This document shows, in pieces, positions 24,340 to 37,494 of a stretch of DNA of 64,000 nucleotides (the first letter of the stretch is position 1; the number at the start of each line of letters is the position of its first letter). The notes under the pieces are model-generated. The model had not been told where the DNA came from, searched no databases, and was given only the letters and a program-made list of their open reading frames with translations. The translations under genes were made by a program, and so were the position numbers. This stretch comes from Vicugna vicugna (lineage: Eukaryota). The stretch lies in the NCBI GenBank assembly GCA_013265495.1, contig MU058065.1, positions 2,705,003 through 2,769,002 on the forward strand, written 5' to 3'.

Positions 24340-24700
24340 GGTTGGTGGGAGATATACCACCCAGTCTGAGAACCTCCTTTAGCTGTGGGAAGTGTACTCG
24401 GCAGAGTTTCCAGCTGCCAGCTTCTTCAGGCTTTGCCCTGACTCCAGGGAGCCTCTTTGCCCAAAGACATACTCTTCCCAGAGACATATGCACCTGGTCC
24501 AATGCAGGACACGCTGATGGTCAATACTTGCTCCAGAGCTCCCTGTCTGATTGCCTAGATTTTGTCAAGCCTGTATCAGTGTTCAGCTTCATTCTCTACC
24601 CAGTTCTTCTTCCTCTCTCTTCCCTTCTCAGGTTTGCTGCCTAATTTTTACCCCTTACTCCATCTCAGTGTCTGTTTCTGTTGACCCTCCACTGCAATAA
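24340..24700 (+). mobile_element. ERVL LTR16-family solo LTR
   Basis: gggagcctctttgcccaaag...ctccatctcagtgtctgtttc resembles the LTR16 U5 end. Confidence 0.6.
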
Positions 24701-25071
24701 ATCTCAAGCCTCTTAACCACCTGTCCAAAACATCACACCCAAATAATCCCTGTAATTTCCAATAATAGATAAATTTAATGAAATTCCATTATTTTCTAAT
24801 AAGGGAAGTTTAGTAAAACTCCTATAGCATTTGCTATATGGGAATTTTAACCATCTTTGGTAGTATGGTTTCTGCTCAGTAAGTCAATTCTAACTTTTCA
24901 GCATAGGGATAGCACAACTGACACTCGTATTTGCATACTGTATAATGTGAAACAAACTAATATTCAATCCATGGCTGTATCTTTTTAGTGACAATTAGAA
25001 ACACAGATTCATCATCAACATAATCAACATATGATATTTCAGTCAAATGTCTTCAGAGCCATAACTGCAAA

Positions 25072-25082
25072 GGAAAACACAA

Positions 25083-25125
<43 letters not shown>

Positions 25126-25163
25126 TGGAAAACACAAATTGTGTGTGTGTGTATGTGTGTGTG
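25072..25163 (+). repeat. Duplicated (TG)n microsatellite unit
   Basis: GGAAAACACAAAT(TG)20, then AT, then GGAAAACACAAAT(TG)6TA(TG)5. Confidence 0.95.
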
Positions 25164-26199
25164 AAAAGTGTCTTTTTTTTATAGTACACATATTTCTGCA
25201 ATGATTTTTTTCCCCAGATATCACCCTGGAGCAATGTATTATTTCTGCTAGGAGTCTAATGTATCTTTTCCAGTTTATAGTAATGAATGCAGAAGTAATT
25301 ATGTTAAAGCTGAATAATTTGGACCATCATTAACCAATGTAAGCAGAATTCATTACAATAAATATAACTACAGTAAAAAAAATTTCTAAACAGGAAAAAA
25401 TGGATTCAAAGCCATTTTGATTGTCCATTTCATTAAAAAAAAGAATTTATCGTTAAAGCAAAGGATCCCTCAGATCACAGGCTTACAGGCTTTGGCCACC
25501 TAAGAATTCCTTTTCAGCTTTTGAATTTGTTTTACCATATCATTTAGCCTCTGCAATTCCCTCCACTGGCTCTGGTGGTGCTCCTAAGCACTCATTTAAT
25601 TATCATGTGCCATATCTCGATGTTTTGTTAATGCTATGCATAATATTTCAGCAGAATTACTCCGGCTAATGAAACCTCTGCTGTCTTCAACACACAGCCT
25701 TCAGGGTGGGCCTGGACAAAAACAGCCTGAAAAACGAAAGAAGAGAGAAATGGAAGATTGACTGGAAGGTTTTATGTGCCCAACTTGAGAAGGGCACTTA
25801 TCACTTTCACCTCAAGCCCGCTACCAGGAGTCATAGTGCCCCACCCACCTTGTTGATAGAGTGGCTAGGAAAACTCTTTCATTATAGAGCACAAATGTGG
25901 TGGAGTTTTATCTACCTCCAAGAAAAAGTTATTTTTGTGTCATCAGAAAATAAATATATAACCATCATATCGAAGGGCATTAGATATCTATTTCTAATTC
26001 AGTCTGACTTCAGGAAGCTTTCAACTCAAAACCAACAGCTTGTATGTCCACACAAGTGAATGCATACAGTTGTTGGAGCCCCAGATAAAACCCTAATTAC
26101 ATTTACAGGAATGCCATCTGACATTTTTTTATCTTAGGTATAACTTTTCTCTGGCCCGTGTACAGAAACAGCAAGTGACCAACAGTGAATGCATTCAAG

Positions 26200-26830
26200 A
26201 TCCTCAGCTGGAAATCACAGTACACCATCCAGCCCCAGTGATTCACATTTCTCCCACATACAAAATACCATCACTCCTCTCTCAAAAATCACCCAAATCT
26301 CATCCTGTTATAGTATCTGGCTCATGCTGGATATTCAGGATCTCATTATCTAAATCAACCCAGGTGTAGATGAAACTCCTCAGTGTGGATCTTCAAGTAC
26401 AGCTCTTTCAGAAAAGTTCTTCTACATCTGCATCGCTGAGCAGTTAAGAGACAGAGTGCCTGCTTTCTACACCTTCAACATGCAATGCTGAAACATGCCG
26501 GAACTGCAATGGACATTCCTACTCAAAAGAGAGGAGGAAGACGAGGCATGTTTCTGTCACTGGCCCATAGTAATTCCAAAATCCAGCCAGGTGCATGTTG
26601 CTGTGTGTTTGATTAGTGGTCCATTCTCCCTCAGAGTGATTCTTTGTATCTCTTAGCTTTAGTCTTTGGTCTGTAGGCTTTGCTCTTCTGAGTCATCCTC
26701 CCTTTTTTGATAAGAAAGGTATGTTTTTAACTGAGTAGCTTTCTCAGTCTTCAGCATGCACATAAAAGGTTTAGGGTGCTGAAGCCTCTTTTCATCTTGG
26801 ACTCTCTTTGCCCTTGTTGATCCAAAATGG
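26200..26830 (-). mobile_element. MaLR internal (MLT1-int) fragment
   Basis: tctcccacatacaaaatac...cccaaatctcatcc...gcaatggacattcctactcaaaagagagg...tcactggcccatagtaattccaaaatccagccagg. Confidence 0.7.
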
Positions 26831-27159
26831 TAGTGCCAAAAAAAGAAAGATTGAAATGTTGATTTGAAAAAAAAAACGTGTTAAAATAGTCGGCATGGAG
26901 AAAAGAATTTCTTAGATCTCCAAACACTTTTCAAAGTTCAGTGTTATTTATAATTTGTATTTCATACAAAAGGGAAGGGAAAATAATTTATTTCTTCTAT
27001 GAATTATGAATTATTTAGATATGTAAAATATAAAGCATATTAATGCTTATTTGCCACTCATTTTACCAAATAAAATATTTATGCAAATATAGATAAAGCT
27101 ACCCCCCTACTTACTTCTTCCCAATCTAATTTCTTGCTTTCTTTTCTCCCTCGTTAGGC

Positions 27160-27375
27160 ACCATGTATCTTAGTAGTTAAAAACATGGAATGATGATTTT
27201 CCAGACTTAACCTCTTCCAAGCTGTGTAGTCTTGCACAAATTACTTAACTTCTTTGTGCCTCAGTTTCCTTAGTTATGACATAGGAACAGTTTCCTCGGT
27301 TATAATATATCATATATATACTTATAACACGGCACTGGCACTCAGAAAGTACTATATAGGTGTTAGTTATAATTT
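27160..27375 (+). mobile_element. MIR SINE
   Basis: agctgtgtagtcttgcacaaattacttaacttctttgtgcctcagtttcct. Confidence 0.8.
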
Positions 27376-28019
27376 TTCAGTGCTTAGGACAACTAAAAGC
27401 TTCTAACTGGCCCTGTTAGTGAGATGAGAATTCCTCTCCCCAATAGCCAGTGAGGAATGGGAATGGAGAAAGTCTATTTGTCCTTTACCACCTGCTTTTC
27501 CCAGTCCTACATTTCATGGTCTGCCAATATATGCTAGTTACCACACTGAAAGGCTAGAATCATTTCAGAAATGATTCTTGGCATAGAATGTGGAAATTAA
27601 AACTCTCTTTAACTTGTACTTACTCCGACAACTCAAAGTGAATATACCCATGACTCGGGCCCTTCAGTTTCCCCCATTCCCCCTTAGGTTGACTGATCCT
27701 TTCCTCCAGGAGAGAATTTACTCCGTAAGTCCATTATCTTCCTTTCATCTCCAGGCAAAGTTCCAGTTATGAGTCAATTAATGTAGAAGAGCATCCCAAT
27801 AATTCAGATAGATGTCCATTCAGGGGTGACTACATCACAGAGCAGTTAGTGGAGAAAAAGCGCTCCAGGTCTCAAGGTCAAGGATGGCAAGGAAGCTTCT
27901 AGACTTTTTTTTTCCCTTTTCAATGTGCACATCAGTCTGGCTTGTAGGCATCTGTTACATAAAGTAGTGGACTTGTTAGGTTAGCACACTCATACAATTG
28001 ATAAAGAGAGTTGATTTCT

Positions 28020-29157
28020 CTTTTTTTACATTGAAGTGTAGTTGATTTACAATGTGTTAGTTTCTAGTGTACAACATAGTGATTCACTTATAAGTATATA
28101 TTTTTCATAACCTTTTTCATTATAGGTTATTATAAGATATTGAATATAGTTCCCTGCACTATACATTATGACCTTGCTGTTTATCTATTTTATATATAGT
28201 AGTTTGTATCTGCTAATACCAAACTCCTAATTTACCCCTCCTTTTTCCCTTTGATAACCCTAAGCTTGTTTTCTATGTCTGTGAATCTCTTTCTGTTTTG
28301 TGTCTTTTATTTAGATCCCACATATAAATGATATCATATAATATTTGTCACTTCTGACTTAACTTCTTATTGTGATTATCTCTAGGCCCATCCATCTTGC
28401 TGTAAATGGCATTAGTTCATTCTTTTTTTATGGCTGAGTAGTATTCCTATATATATATATACACACCACATTTTCTTTATTCAGTCATCTGTTGATGGAC
28501 ATTTAGGTTGCTTCTGTGTCTTGGCTCTTGTAAATAATGCTGCTATGAACATTGGGGTGCATGTATCTTTTTGAATTAGAATTCCTTCCAGATATATGCC
28601 CAAGAGTGGGGTTGCTGAGTCATATAGTAAGTCCATTTTTAGTGTTTTAAGAAATCTTCATACTGTTTTCCATAGTGGCTGTACCAAATTACATTCCCAC
28701 CAACAGCATAGGAAGGTTCCCTTTACTCCACACCCTTTTCAGCATTTAATGTTTGTGGACTTTTTAATGATGGCCATTCTGACTGGTGTGAGGTGATGCC
28801 TCAGTGTAGTTTTTTGATTTGCAATTTTCTGGTAATTAGCATTACTGAGCATCTTTTCATGTACCTATTGGCCATTTGTATGTCTTCTCTAGAGAAATGT
28901 TTGTTTAGGTCTTTTGGGATTGAGTTGTTTGTTTTTTTGTTACTGAGTTATATGAGCTGTTTATATATTCTGAAAATTAAGCCCTTGTCACTTGCATCAT
29001 TTGCAAATATTTTCTCCCACTCTGTCTTTTCATTTTGTTTATGGTTTCCTTTGCTGTGCAAAAGCTTATGTTTGATTAAGTCTTTTTTTTTTTTTTGCTG
29101 TTATTTTTATTGCCTTGGGAGACTGACCAAGGGTAACGCTGCTATGATTTATGTCAG
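28020..29157 (-). mobile_element. 5'-truncated artiodactyl-type L1 (ORF2 end plus 3' UTR) with TSD
   Basis: T run, then antisense L1 3' UTR and ORF2 (ccacattttctttattcagtcatctgttgatggacatttaggttg). The 14-bp TSD gaga(g/a)ttgatttct lies at 28006-28019 and 29158-29171. Confidence 0.92.
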
Positions 29158-29639
29158 GAGAATTGATTTCTGAGTGACCTACATCTAAATCCACACTGGG
29201 AAATAAATATATTTCTTCAATTAGGATGGATGCTCCCTTGATCAGAACTTTAACATAACTCTGGTGATAATTTACAGAGATCACATCACACATAAAATTC
29301 ATTTAATGTGTAATTCATGAGCAAACCATTACAGTGAACATTTGAGTCAGAAGGGCCAAAATGTTACAGGGCATCATTGATTTGTAAATTTTATTAGAAA
29401 AAAAGCCTTTAAATAAAAGGTAAATCTCATTTAAAAAAGAAAAATACCTTTAAAACATAATAAAGCATTAATAGTATTTGGAAATAATTGGGAAATGACC
29501 ATGAAAGTCTATCTCCTACCCAGAGATTTGCTGGTTATTTCAGGTAGTCTAGTATAATGATTAAGAGCATGAGGTCTATAGCCACACTGCTTGAGCTTGA
29601 TCTTGGTTATACCATTTACTAGCTATAGAAAATGCTAAC

Positions 29640-30082
29640 AATGCGTCAGTCATATCCATTTGCATCCTTTTGAAAGGTTCTCTGTGTGTGTATTCTCCAG
29701 CTTCTATGTGCTTTTCTTTTAAAGACATGTACTTGAGTCCCTTCAGAGAAAAGCACCCTAGGAGGCTACAACAGACTGGATAGAAAGCTTGTCTAAGAGT
29801 TTATCTTTCTAGATGGTGTGGCTATTACTGAGTGATCCAGATTATGAAAACCCACATCTATTGCCTTGAAGTTTAACAAACTCTGTGCAACTTATGCTTG
29901 AGAGATACCTTCATGATCAGACTAAGGCTGAGACTTTACTGAGACTACACCCTTGCTTGGCATCTTCTCTTATTTCCCCTTCTTCCTTCGCTCCATTACC
30001 AACGAATCCTGGGAACACTTTCTTAGTAAATCACTTATGCAAATAAATCTTCATCTTAGGGTTCTTCATCTGAAAAGTCTAA
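29640..30082 (+). mobile_element. ERVL LTR16C-like LTR splitting a MIR (MIR parts ~29545-29630 and ~30105-30265)
   Basis: cctgggaacactttcttagtaaatcacttatgcaaataaatcttcatcttagggt. MIR halves continue on both sides. Confidence 0.6.
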
Positions 30083-30269
30083 AAAAATTTTTTAAAACAC
30101 TCTCTAGGTGACCTTGGGCAAACGACTTAATCACTATGCTAAATGCAGTTGGAAACTAAGGGACATGATAGGGTAATTACAAGGAATAATCTGAGATAAA
30201 GTATATGAAGAATACCCTGCACTGCCTGACACGTGCTGAACATTCATAAAGCATTAACCATTAATTTTA

Positions 30270-31205
30270 TTGACTTAAAGGTCATTGAACTTAAGTATGA
30301 GTCATGAATTTCTTTTGCTCAAAATGATTAGTATTCCAAAATTTCTGACCTTTCCTATAATAACAAATGACTTCTAGCAGTATGTTACCTTGTAGATATT
30401 TCTGAAAAATATAAACACACTCAATCTGTCTTTTCAAGGTAAAGGTGACATTTTAACAGAAAAGGAAAAGCTCATGTAATAGAAAGATAATTTTGAAAAA
30501 GAATACTTAAAATATTTTTATCACCATTCTGAAAGTAAAGTGCCATTTATTAAAATGTTCACCTTAATACTTAAAAACGTGAAACAGAAATTTCAATTTA
30601 ACAATTTCCCAAAGAGTTTCAGAGACTTCATTTAATTTTAACAATATAAAAAACGCAGTTCTTTCTGATTAGTGCTCAAGGACAACTGATTGACATCATG
30701 AATGAAGAAAATTTACTCCAAAATTAAAAGAAAAACTTTGCCTAATTTAATGTGGGAATTAAAAGGAGCATTGCTATTTAGTGCAATCAAAAAATGTGAT
30801 TTTTTTCCCCATTTATATCTAAATTTCTTCATAAGATATAATTTTTAAGCTATAGCACTTATTAAAACAATGATTAGATAAACTTCTAGAACTTCAAGTT
30901 AATCCAAGATTTTAAAAAGAGATATTTAATCCTATTTATTTCACTAAATATACCTAATAATATTTTAGTGAGAGGAAAAATCATTTTATAATATAAAATG
31001 TAATATAATTTATTGTGTTATAATATTATTTATTTAATCTTTATCCATTTCATCCTAAATTTAATTGTTGTATATGGTTTATGAATTTAATATAGTTATA
31101 TAAATAAGACTTGCTAACTATTTATACAGAAAGATAGTTAAACAGATAAAGAGAAAGAGATTTTAATCCTTGAGAGTTTATGTGACCAAAAGTTTGGTGG
31201 ACTAG
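30270..31205 (+). mobile_element. hAT-Charlie DNA transposon remnant with transposase 3' part
   Basis: With one frameshift, ~30377-30443 translates AVCYLVDISEK/INTLNLSFQGK, like Charlie/Buster LAYLADIFEKLNELNLSLQGK. It ends in the TIR-like aaaagtttggtggactag. Confidence 0.7.
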
Positions 31206-31224
31206 GCTGTGTCTAAGGGTCTAA

Positions 31225-32895
31225 AGATCCAAAAGAACAACCTAAACACTCCAGTAAAATAACAAATTGTCAGAGTAGATCACAAAACAACTGTCTACAG
31301 CAAGTCTGCTTTAAATATAAAGACTTATATGGTTTAAAAGTGAAGCAATGGAGAAAGAAATACCATGGTAACACTAATGAAAAGAAATCTAGATGAACTA
31401 TATTAATTTTAGTCAAAACAAACTTTAGGACAAAGAAAAATATTAGGAGTAAGAGGACCATCACATAAAGATAAATGAGTCAGTTCTTCTAGATAAAATA
31501 AGAATTATAACTTTATATACATCTAACAACAAAGCATCAAAATATATTAAGTAAAACTGATTGAACTGAAAGGAAAAAAATAGATAAATACACTATAACA
31601 GTGGAGACTACAGTAGCTGAGGTTTCAATAATTGGTCAGTAATTGACAGACCAAATGGGCAGAAAATCAGTACATATGGTGATTTGACCATCAATATCAA
31701 CCAACTGGATCTAATTGATATTTACAAACTACTCCAACCTATTATAGCAGAATACACAATCTTCTCAATTTTTTTGAAACATTCTGCATTCTGGGCCATT
31801 AAACACACCTTAACAAACTTAAAACACTAGAAATCATATAAAATTTATTATCTGGCCAAAGGGGAATTAAACTAGAACTCAAGAGCAAAAACAACAAAAA
31901 GCTGGAAAATCACAAATTATTTGGAAATAAAACAAAACTCTCCTAAATAATTCATGGGACAAAGAAGAAGTCTCGAGATAAATTTCTAAATATTTTGAAC
32001 ATAATAAAAGTGAAAATATGAATTACCAAAATTGGTGGGTGCTGTGAAAGCACCTCTTACAAAGAAATTTAGAGCATGAAATTAACATACTATAAAAGAA
32101 TATCTGAGATCAAGTATAATCTTATATCTTAGGAAAGTAGAGGAAGAACACTTTAAGCATAATTTATGTAGAATAAAAGATATAATAAAAATAGATCAGA
32201 AATAAATGAAATTTATAACAGGCAAACAATAGAGAAAATCTATGAAACAAATGCCTGGTTCTTTGAAAAGATCAACAAAATTAATAAACTTCTAGCTAGA
32301 CTAACCAAGAAAGAGAAAGAGGAGCCATAAATTACCAATATCATAAATGAAAGAAGGACCATCACAACTAATCCTTTGAATGTTAAAAGGAATAATGTGA
32401 ATAAGTCTTTCCCCATAAATTTGACAACTTAAATGAAATGAGAAAATTCCTGGATAGACACAAACTACCAAAAATACACAAGAGGAGACATAGATAACCA
32501 GAATAAGTTCTGTATCTGTTAAAGAAATTGAATCAATAATTAATAATCTTCCAAAAAATATCCAAGCCAAGTTTATTTCACTGTTGCATTTTACCAAACA
32601 CTCAGAAAGAAATAATACCTATTCTCAACAATTTCTTCCAGAAAATAGAAACAGAGAAAACATTTACTTTATGAGCCCGCATTACTCTATTACCAAAATC
32701 AGATAAAAACATTACAAGGCAGGAATACAGAATAGTATCTCTCATAAACATAGACACAAAATGTTTCATCAAAATATTAACAAATCAAACCCAATAGTAC
32801 ATATATAGCATTATATACCATAACCAATTGAGATTTATTAAAATTTAAGAATCAATGTAATCTATCAGAAAAATAGTTCAAGGAAGAAAAATCAA
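31225..32895 (+). mobile_element. Old L1 ORF2 (endonuclease to start of RT), decayed
   Basis: ctggttctttgaaaagatcaacaaaattaataaac (WFFEKINKI), catagacacaaaatg..aaaatattaacaaa; many stops and frameshifts. Confidence 0.9.
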
Positions 32896-32896
32896 A

Positions 32897-35800
32897 ATCC
32901 CATCATGCCATCAGCAGATTTCTCAGCAGAAACTTTATAGACCAGAGAGAGTAGCATGACATATTCATAGTGCTAAACGGAAAAGACCTTCCAGCTAAGA
33001 ATACTCTACCTAGCAAGGCTGTCATTCAGATCTGAAGGAGAGAGAAATAGTTTTCCAGACAAACAAAACCTAAAGGCTTTTATCACTACTAAACCAATCT
33101 TAACAGAAATGTTAAAAGGATTTCTCTAAGCTGAAAAAAAAACACTAATTAATAACAAAAAAATATGAAAGTAAGAATCACACTGGAAAAGGTAAATGTA
33201 TAGGAAAGGTAGTGGATTAATCATTCATAAAGCTACTAAGAAGGTTAAGAGACAAAAGAATTAAAATTAAAACTATAATAATTGGTTAAGAGACATAAAA
33301 TTTAAAAATGTAAAAAATGGCATCAATAGCATAAAACATGGGGGGGAGGTAAAATGCAGAGTTTTGGAATGTGTTCAAATTTAAGTTGCTCTCAACTTAA
33401 ACTATTAAATACATAGGATGACATCTGTGAACCACAGAGTAACCACAAAACAAAAACTTATACTAAACACACACAAGAAAATAAGAAAATAATCTCAACA
33501 TGGCACAAAAGAAAGTCTTCAAACCACAGCAAAAGAGAGACAAGCAGAAGAGAAGAGCAGAGAGGAACTACAAAAGAGCCAGAAAACAATTAACAAAGTG
33601 GCAATAAGTACATACTTATGAATAATGACTTTGTGAATGAACTGAAATTTCCAGTCAAAAGACATAAAATAGTTGAATGGATTAAAAAAAAAAGACACAA
33701 CTGTGTGATGGCTACAAGAGACTCTCTTCAGAAGTAAAGACACACACAGACTGTAAGTGGGGGAATGGATAAAAATACTCCATGCAAATGTAAGTGAAAA
33801 GAAAGATAATGTAGCTAAAGTCATATCAGACCAAATAGACTTTAAAACAAAGACTGTAATAAAAGATGAAAGGGGCACTATATAATGATAAAGGGGATCA
33901 ATCCAGCAAGAAGATATAACCTTTATAATATATATCCACCCAACATAGGAGCACTAAATCATATAAAGCAAATATTAATAGACTTACAGGTAGATATTGA
34001 CAGCAATACAAAAATAGTAGGGAACTTTAAACAACACTTACATCAGTGGATAGATCATCCATTAATTAAGAAAATTAATAATAAAACAATGGCCTTAAAT
34101 GACACATTACACCAGGTAGTCTTAAGAGATCTATACAGAACATTTGATCCAAAAGCAGCAGAATATACATTCTTGTCAAGTGCACATGAGACATTCTCCA
34201 GAAGAGATCATGTTAGGCCACAAAACAAGTCTCAGTAAATTCAAGAAGACTGAAATCATTTCAAGAATCTTTTCAGACTATAATGGTATGGAATTAGAAA
34301 TCAATGAAAGAAGAAAACTGAAAAAAAAACTACAAATATGAGGAAATTAAACAACATGTTACTGAACAACTAATGGGACATAGAAGAACTCAAAGGAGAA
34401 TTTTTAAAAATATTAAAAAAGGCAGAAATATGACATATCAAAATCTATGAGATATAGCAAAAGCAATTTCTAAGAGGGAAATTTGTAGCAATACAGGCCT
34501 ACCCCAAGAAATGCATAAAATCTCAAATAAACAATTTAACTTTACACATAAAGAAACTAGAAGAAGAATAAACAAAGCCTAAAGTTATTAGAAGGAAAGA
34601 AAAATAAAGATCAAAGTGAAATAAATAGAAACTTTAAAAATTATAAAGATCAGTGAAACTAAGAGCTGGTTCATTGAAAAGATGAACAAAATGGACAAAC
34701 CTTTAGCTAGACTCACCAAGAAAAAAAAATGAGTCAAATAAAATCAGAAATGAAAAAGAAATTACAACTGAAACAACAGAAGTACAAAGGATCATAAAAG
34801 ATTACTATGAATAATTATACATCAACAAAGTGGACAACCTAGAAGAAATGGATGAATTTCTAAAAATTTGCAGTCTTCCAAGGCTAAATCATGAAAAAAG
34901 AGAAAACCTGAATAGACAAATTACTAATAAAGAGATTGAATCAGTAATCAAAAACCTCCCAATAAACAAAAAGTTCAGGACCAGAAGGCGTCAGTGGTGA
35001 ATTCTACCAAACATTCAAAGATTTTTTTTTTTAAACTTTGCATCTCCTCCACCATGGTGTGGCCATCTGGGTCCAAGCAACTATGGCCACACTCTGGCCC
35101 ACACCAAGGGAACTTTGGCAGCCCCTCAGCATGCACACAGCCATCCCATCCTAAACAGTCAAAGATTTAATATCTGTCCTTCTCAAATTTTTCCAGAAAA
35201 TTGAAGAGACAGGAAAGCTTTCAAACTCATCTTATGAGGTGAACATTATCTTGATACCAAAACCAGACAAAGTCAGCACAAAAAAAAAAAAAGAAAAAAT
35301 TAGAGACCAACATCTCCAATGAACATAGACACAAAAATCCACAACAAAATGTTAGCAAACTGACTGAAACAATAAATTAAGAGGTTCATACACCATGATC
35401 ACATGGGATTTATTCTAGAGATGCAAGGATGGGTCAATCCCTGCAAACCAATCAATGTAATACACTATACTAACAAAATGGAAGATTAATATCATATGAA
35501 TATCTCAATAGATGACAAAAAAGCTTTTGACAAAATTCAATGTCATATATGATAAAAACTCTCAACAAAGTGAGTATAGAGAGAATGTACCTCAGCATAA
35601 TAATGGCTATATATGACAAACACACACTAATATGAGTTTTCAATGATGAAAAGCTGAATATTCTTCCAACAGCAGGAACAAGACAAGGATATTCAGTTTC
35701 TCCACTTCTTTCAACATAGTATTGACAGTCCTAGTCACAGAAAACAGACAAGAAAAAGAAATAAAAGGCATACACACTACAAAGGAAGAAGTAAAATGGT

Positions 35801-36115
35801 CACTCCTTGCAGATCACATGACATTGTATATATATAAGAAAACCTAAAGACTCCATGAAAAGTTAATAGAACAAATAAACAAATTCAGTAAAGCTGCAGG
35901 ATACAAAATTAATATACAAAAATCTGTTGTGTTTATATATACACTAATAACAAACTACCAGAAAGAAAAGTCAAGAAAATACTATTTACAATTGCATTAA
36001 AAAAACTTCTAATAAATTTGACCAAGGAGGTGAAAGACCACTGAAAAATGTACAATATTGATAAAAAATGTTGAATAAAACAGAAATAAATGGAAAGATA
36101 TTTCATGCTTATAGG
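32897..36115 (+). mobile_element. Second, less diverged L1: ORF1 C-terminus, spacer and ORF2 EN/RT, lacking a 3' end
   Basis: tcagcagatttctcagcagaaact (SADFSAET); ORF track 33885-34238 is L1 EN-like; gcagatcacatgacattgtat is an ADDMI-like RT motif. Confidence 0.92.
35025..35152 (-). pseudogene. Short retroposed cellular-RNA fragment of unknown source, inside L1 ORF2
   Basis: T11 run at 35022-35032, ~120 nt GC-rich non-L1 body, and 16-bp TSD aaaca(t/g)tcaaagattt at 35009-35024 and 35153-35168. Confidence 0.75.
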
Positions 36116-36147
36116 AGGAAAGGAAAGAAGGAAGGAGAAAGAGAAAC

Positions 36148-37490
36148 ATGTGAGGACCTGAATGCAAAAAAAGATACAAAACTATGGTGAAAGAAATCAA
36201 CCAAGATCTAAATAAATGCACAGATTTTACATGTTCACATGAATTGAGGCATGGAATATTTAGTAAAATAAAAGACTAAATATCATTAAGATGTTTTTTT
36301 TTCCAACTCAATCTATAGATTCAAAGCAATCTCAAATTCCAGCAATTTAATATACATTATCAAAATGTATCAGAATGATTCTAAAGTTTATACAGAAAGG
36401 CAAAGCAGTAAGAATATCCAACAAAATATTGAAAAAGGACAAAAATCAAAGGACTCACAACCTGATTTCAAGACAATATAAAGATTAACTATTAAAGACA
36501 GTGTGATGTTGGCAAAAGAACAACTACATAGATCAACAGAACAGAACTGAGAAGCTAAAAATAAACCCATATCAATATGATCAACCAATTTTTGACAAAG
36601 GCCAAGGCAATCCATTAGAGAAAAAGTAGTATTTTTAATAAGTAAAACTGGAATAATTGAATATCCGTATCCAAAAATAAGAACCTAGACACAGACTTTA
36701 TATCTACACAAAAGTTAACACAAAATGCATTGTAGATCTAAATGTCAAATGGGGAGAAAACATAAATCTCCCATGCAGAAGCAGTGCACATTACTTATGT
36801 AGATGGGTCACCTTCAAGGAAATGGAGCATGACTCTCTGCTCCTTAAGTGTGGTGTGCACGTACTGACTTTCTTCTAAAAATGACACTATGGAAATAGTG
36901 AGGGGAGGGTAAATTTACAAAGAAGAAATCTGACAAATACTATTAAAGGCAGGTAATCGGGTCAACAACAAAATAAATAATATTAATGATATGCACCCTT
37001 GACATGCTGTGATGAGAATGATAGTTTAACTCCATGGTCTTCCTCCCCAAAACAAATAGTTCCTATCTAATTCTGAGAGCAACTTCAGACAGCTCATAAT
37101 TGAGGTACATTCTACCAAATACCTGACCAGTACTCCTCTTAACTGTCAAGGTCATGCCTACAAAGAAATCTGAGAATCTGTCATAGCCAAGAGGAGCCTA
37201 AGGAGACTTGATGACTAAAAATAATGTGGTTTCCTGGATGGGACCCTGAAATAGAAAAAGGACATTAGGTAAAAACTAATGAAATCTGAATAAAGTGTGG
37301 ACATTAATTAATAACAGGGTAACAATATTATTTCACAAATCATGACAAATGTATCACATCGACACCAGATGTTAATAATAAGGGAAACTTGGTGCTGGGT
37401 CTGAGGAAACTCTTTGTACTATCTTTGCAATTTTTCTGTAAATCTAAAACTATTTTCAAATAAAAGTTTATTTTAAAAGCTTTTAAAAAG
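36148..37490 (+). mobile_element. Old L1 ORF2 continuation and L1MC-type 3' UTR
   Basis: caatctatagattcaaagcaatc ORF2 motif; 3' UTR motifs atacctgaccagtactcctc.aactgtcaaggtcat and ctatctttgcaatttttctgtaaatctaaaact. Confidence 0.88.
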
Positions 37491-37494
37491 AACT

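Noticed and set aside
35033..35152. RNase P RNA (RPPH1) as the parent of the retrocopy
   Set aside because: Only short scattered matches (cccttgg, gggccagag), with wrong spacing and a wrong 3' end.
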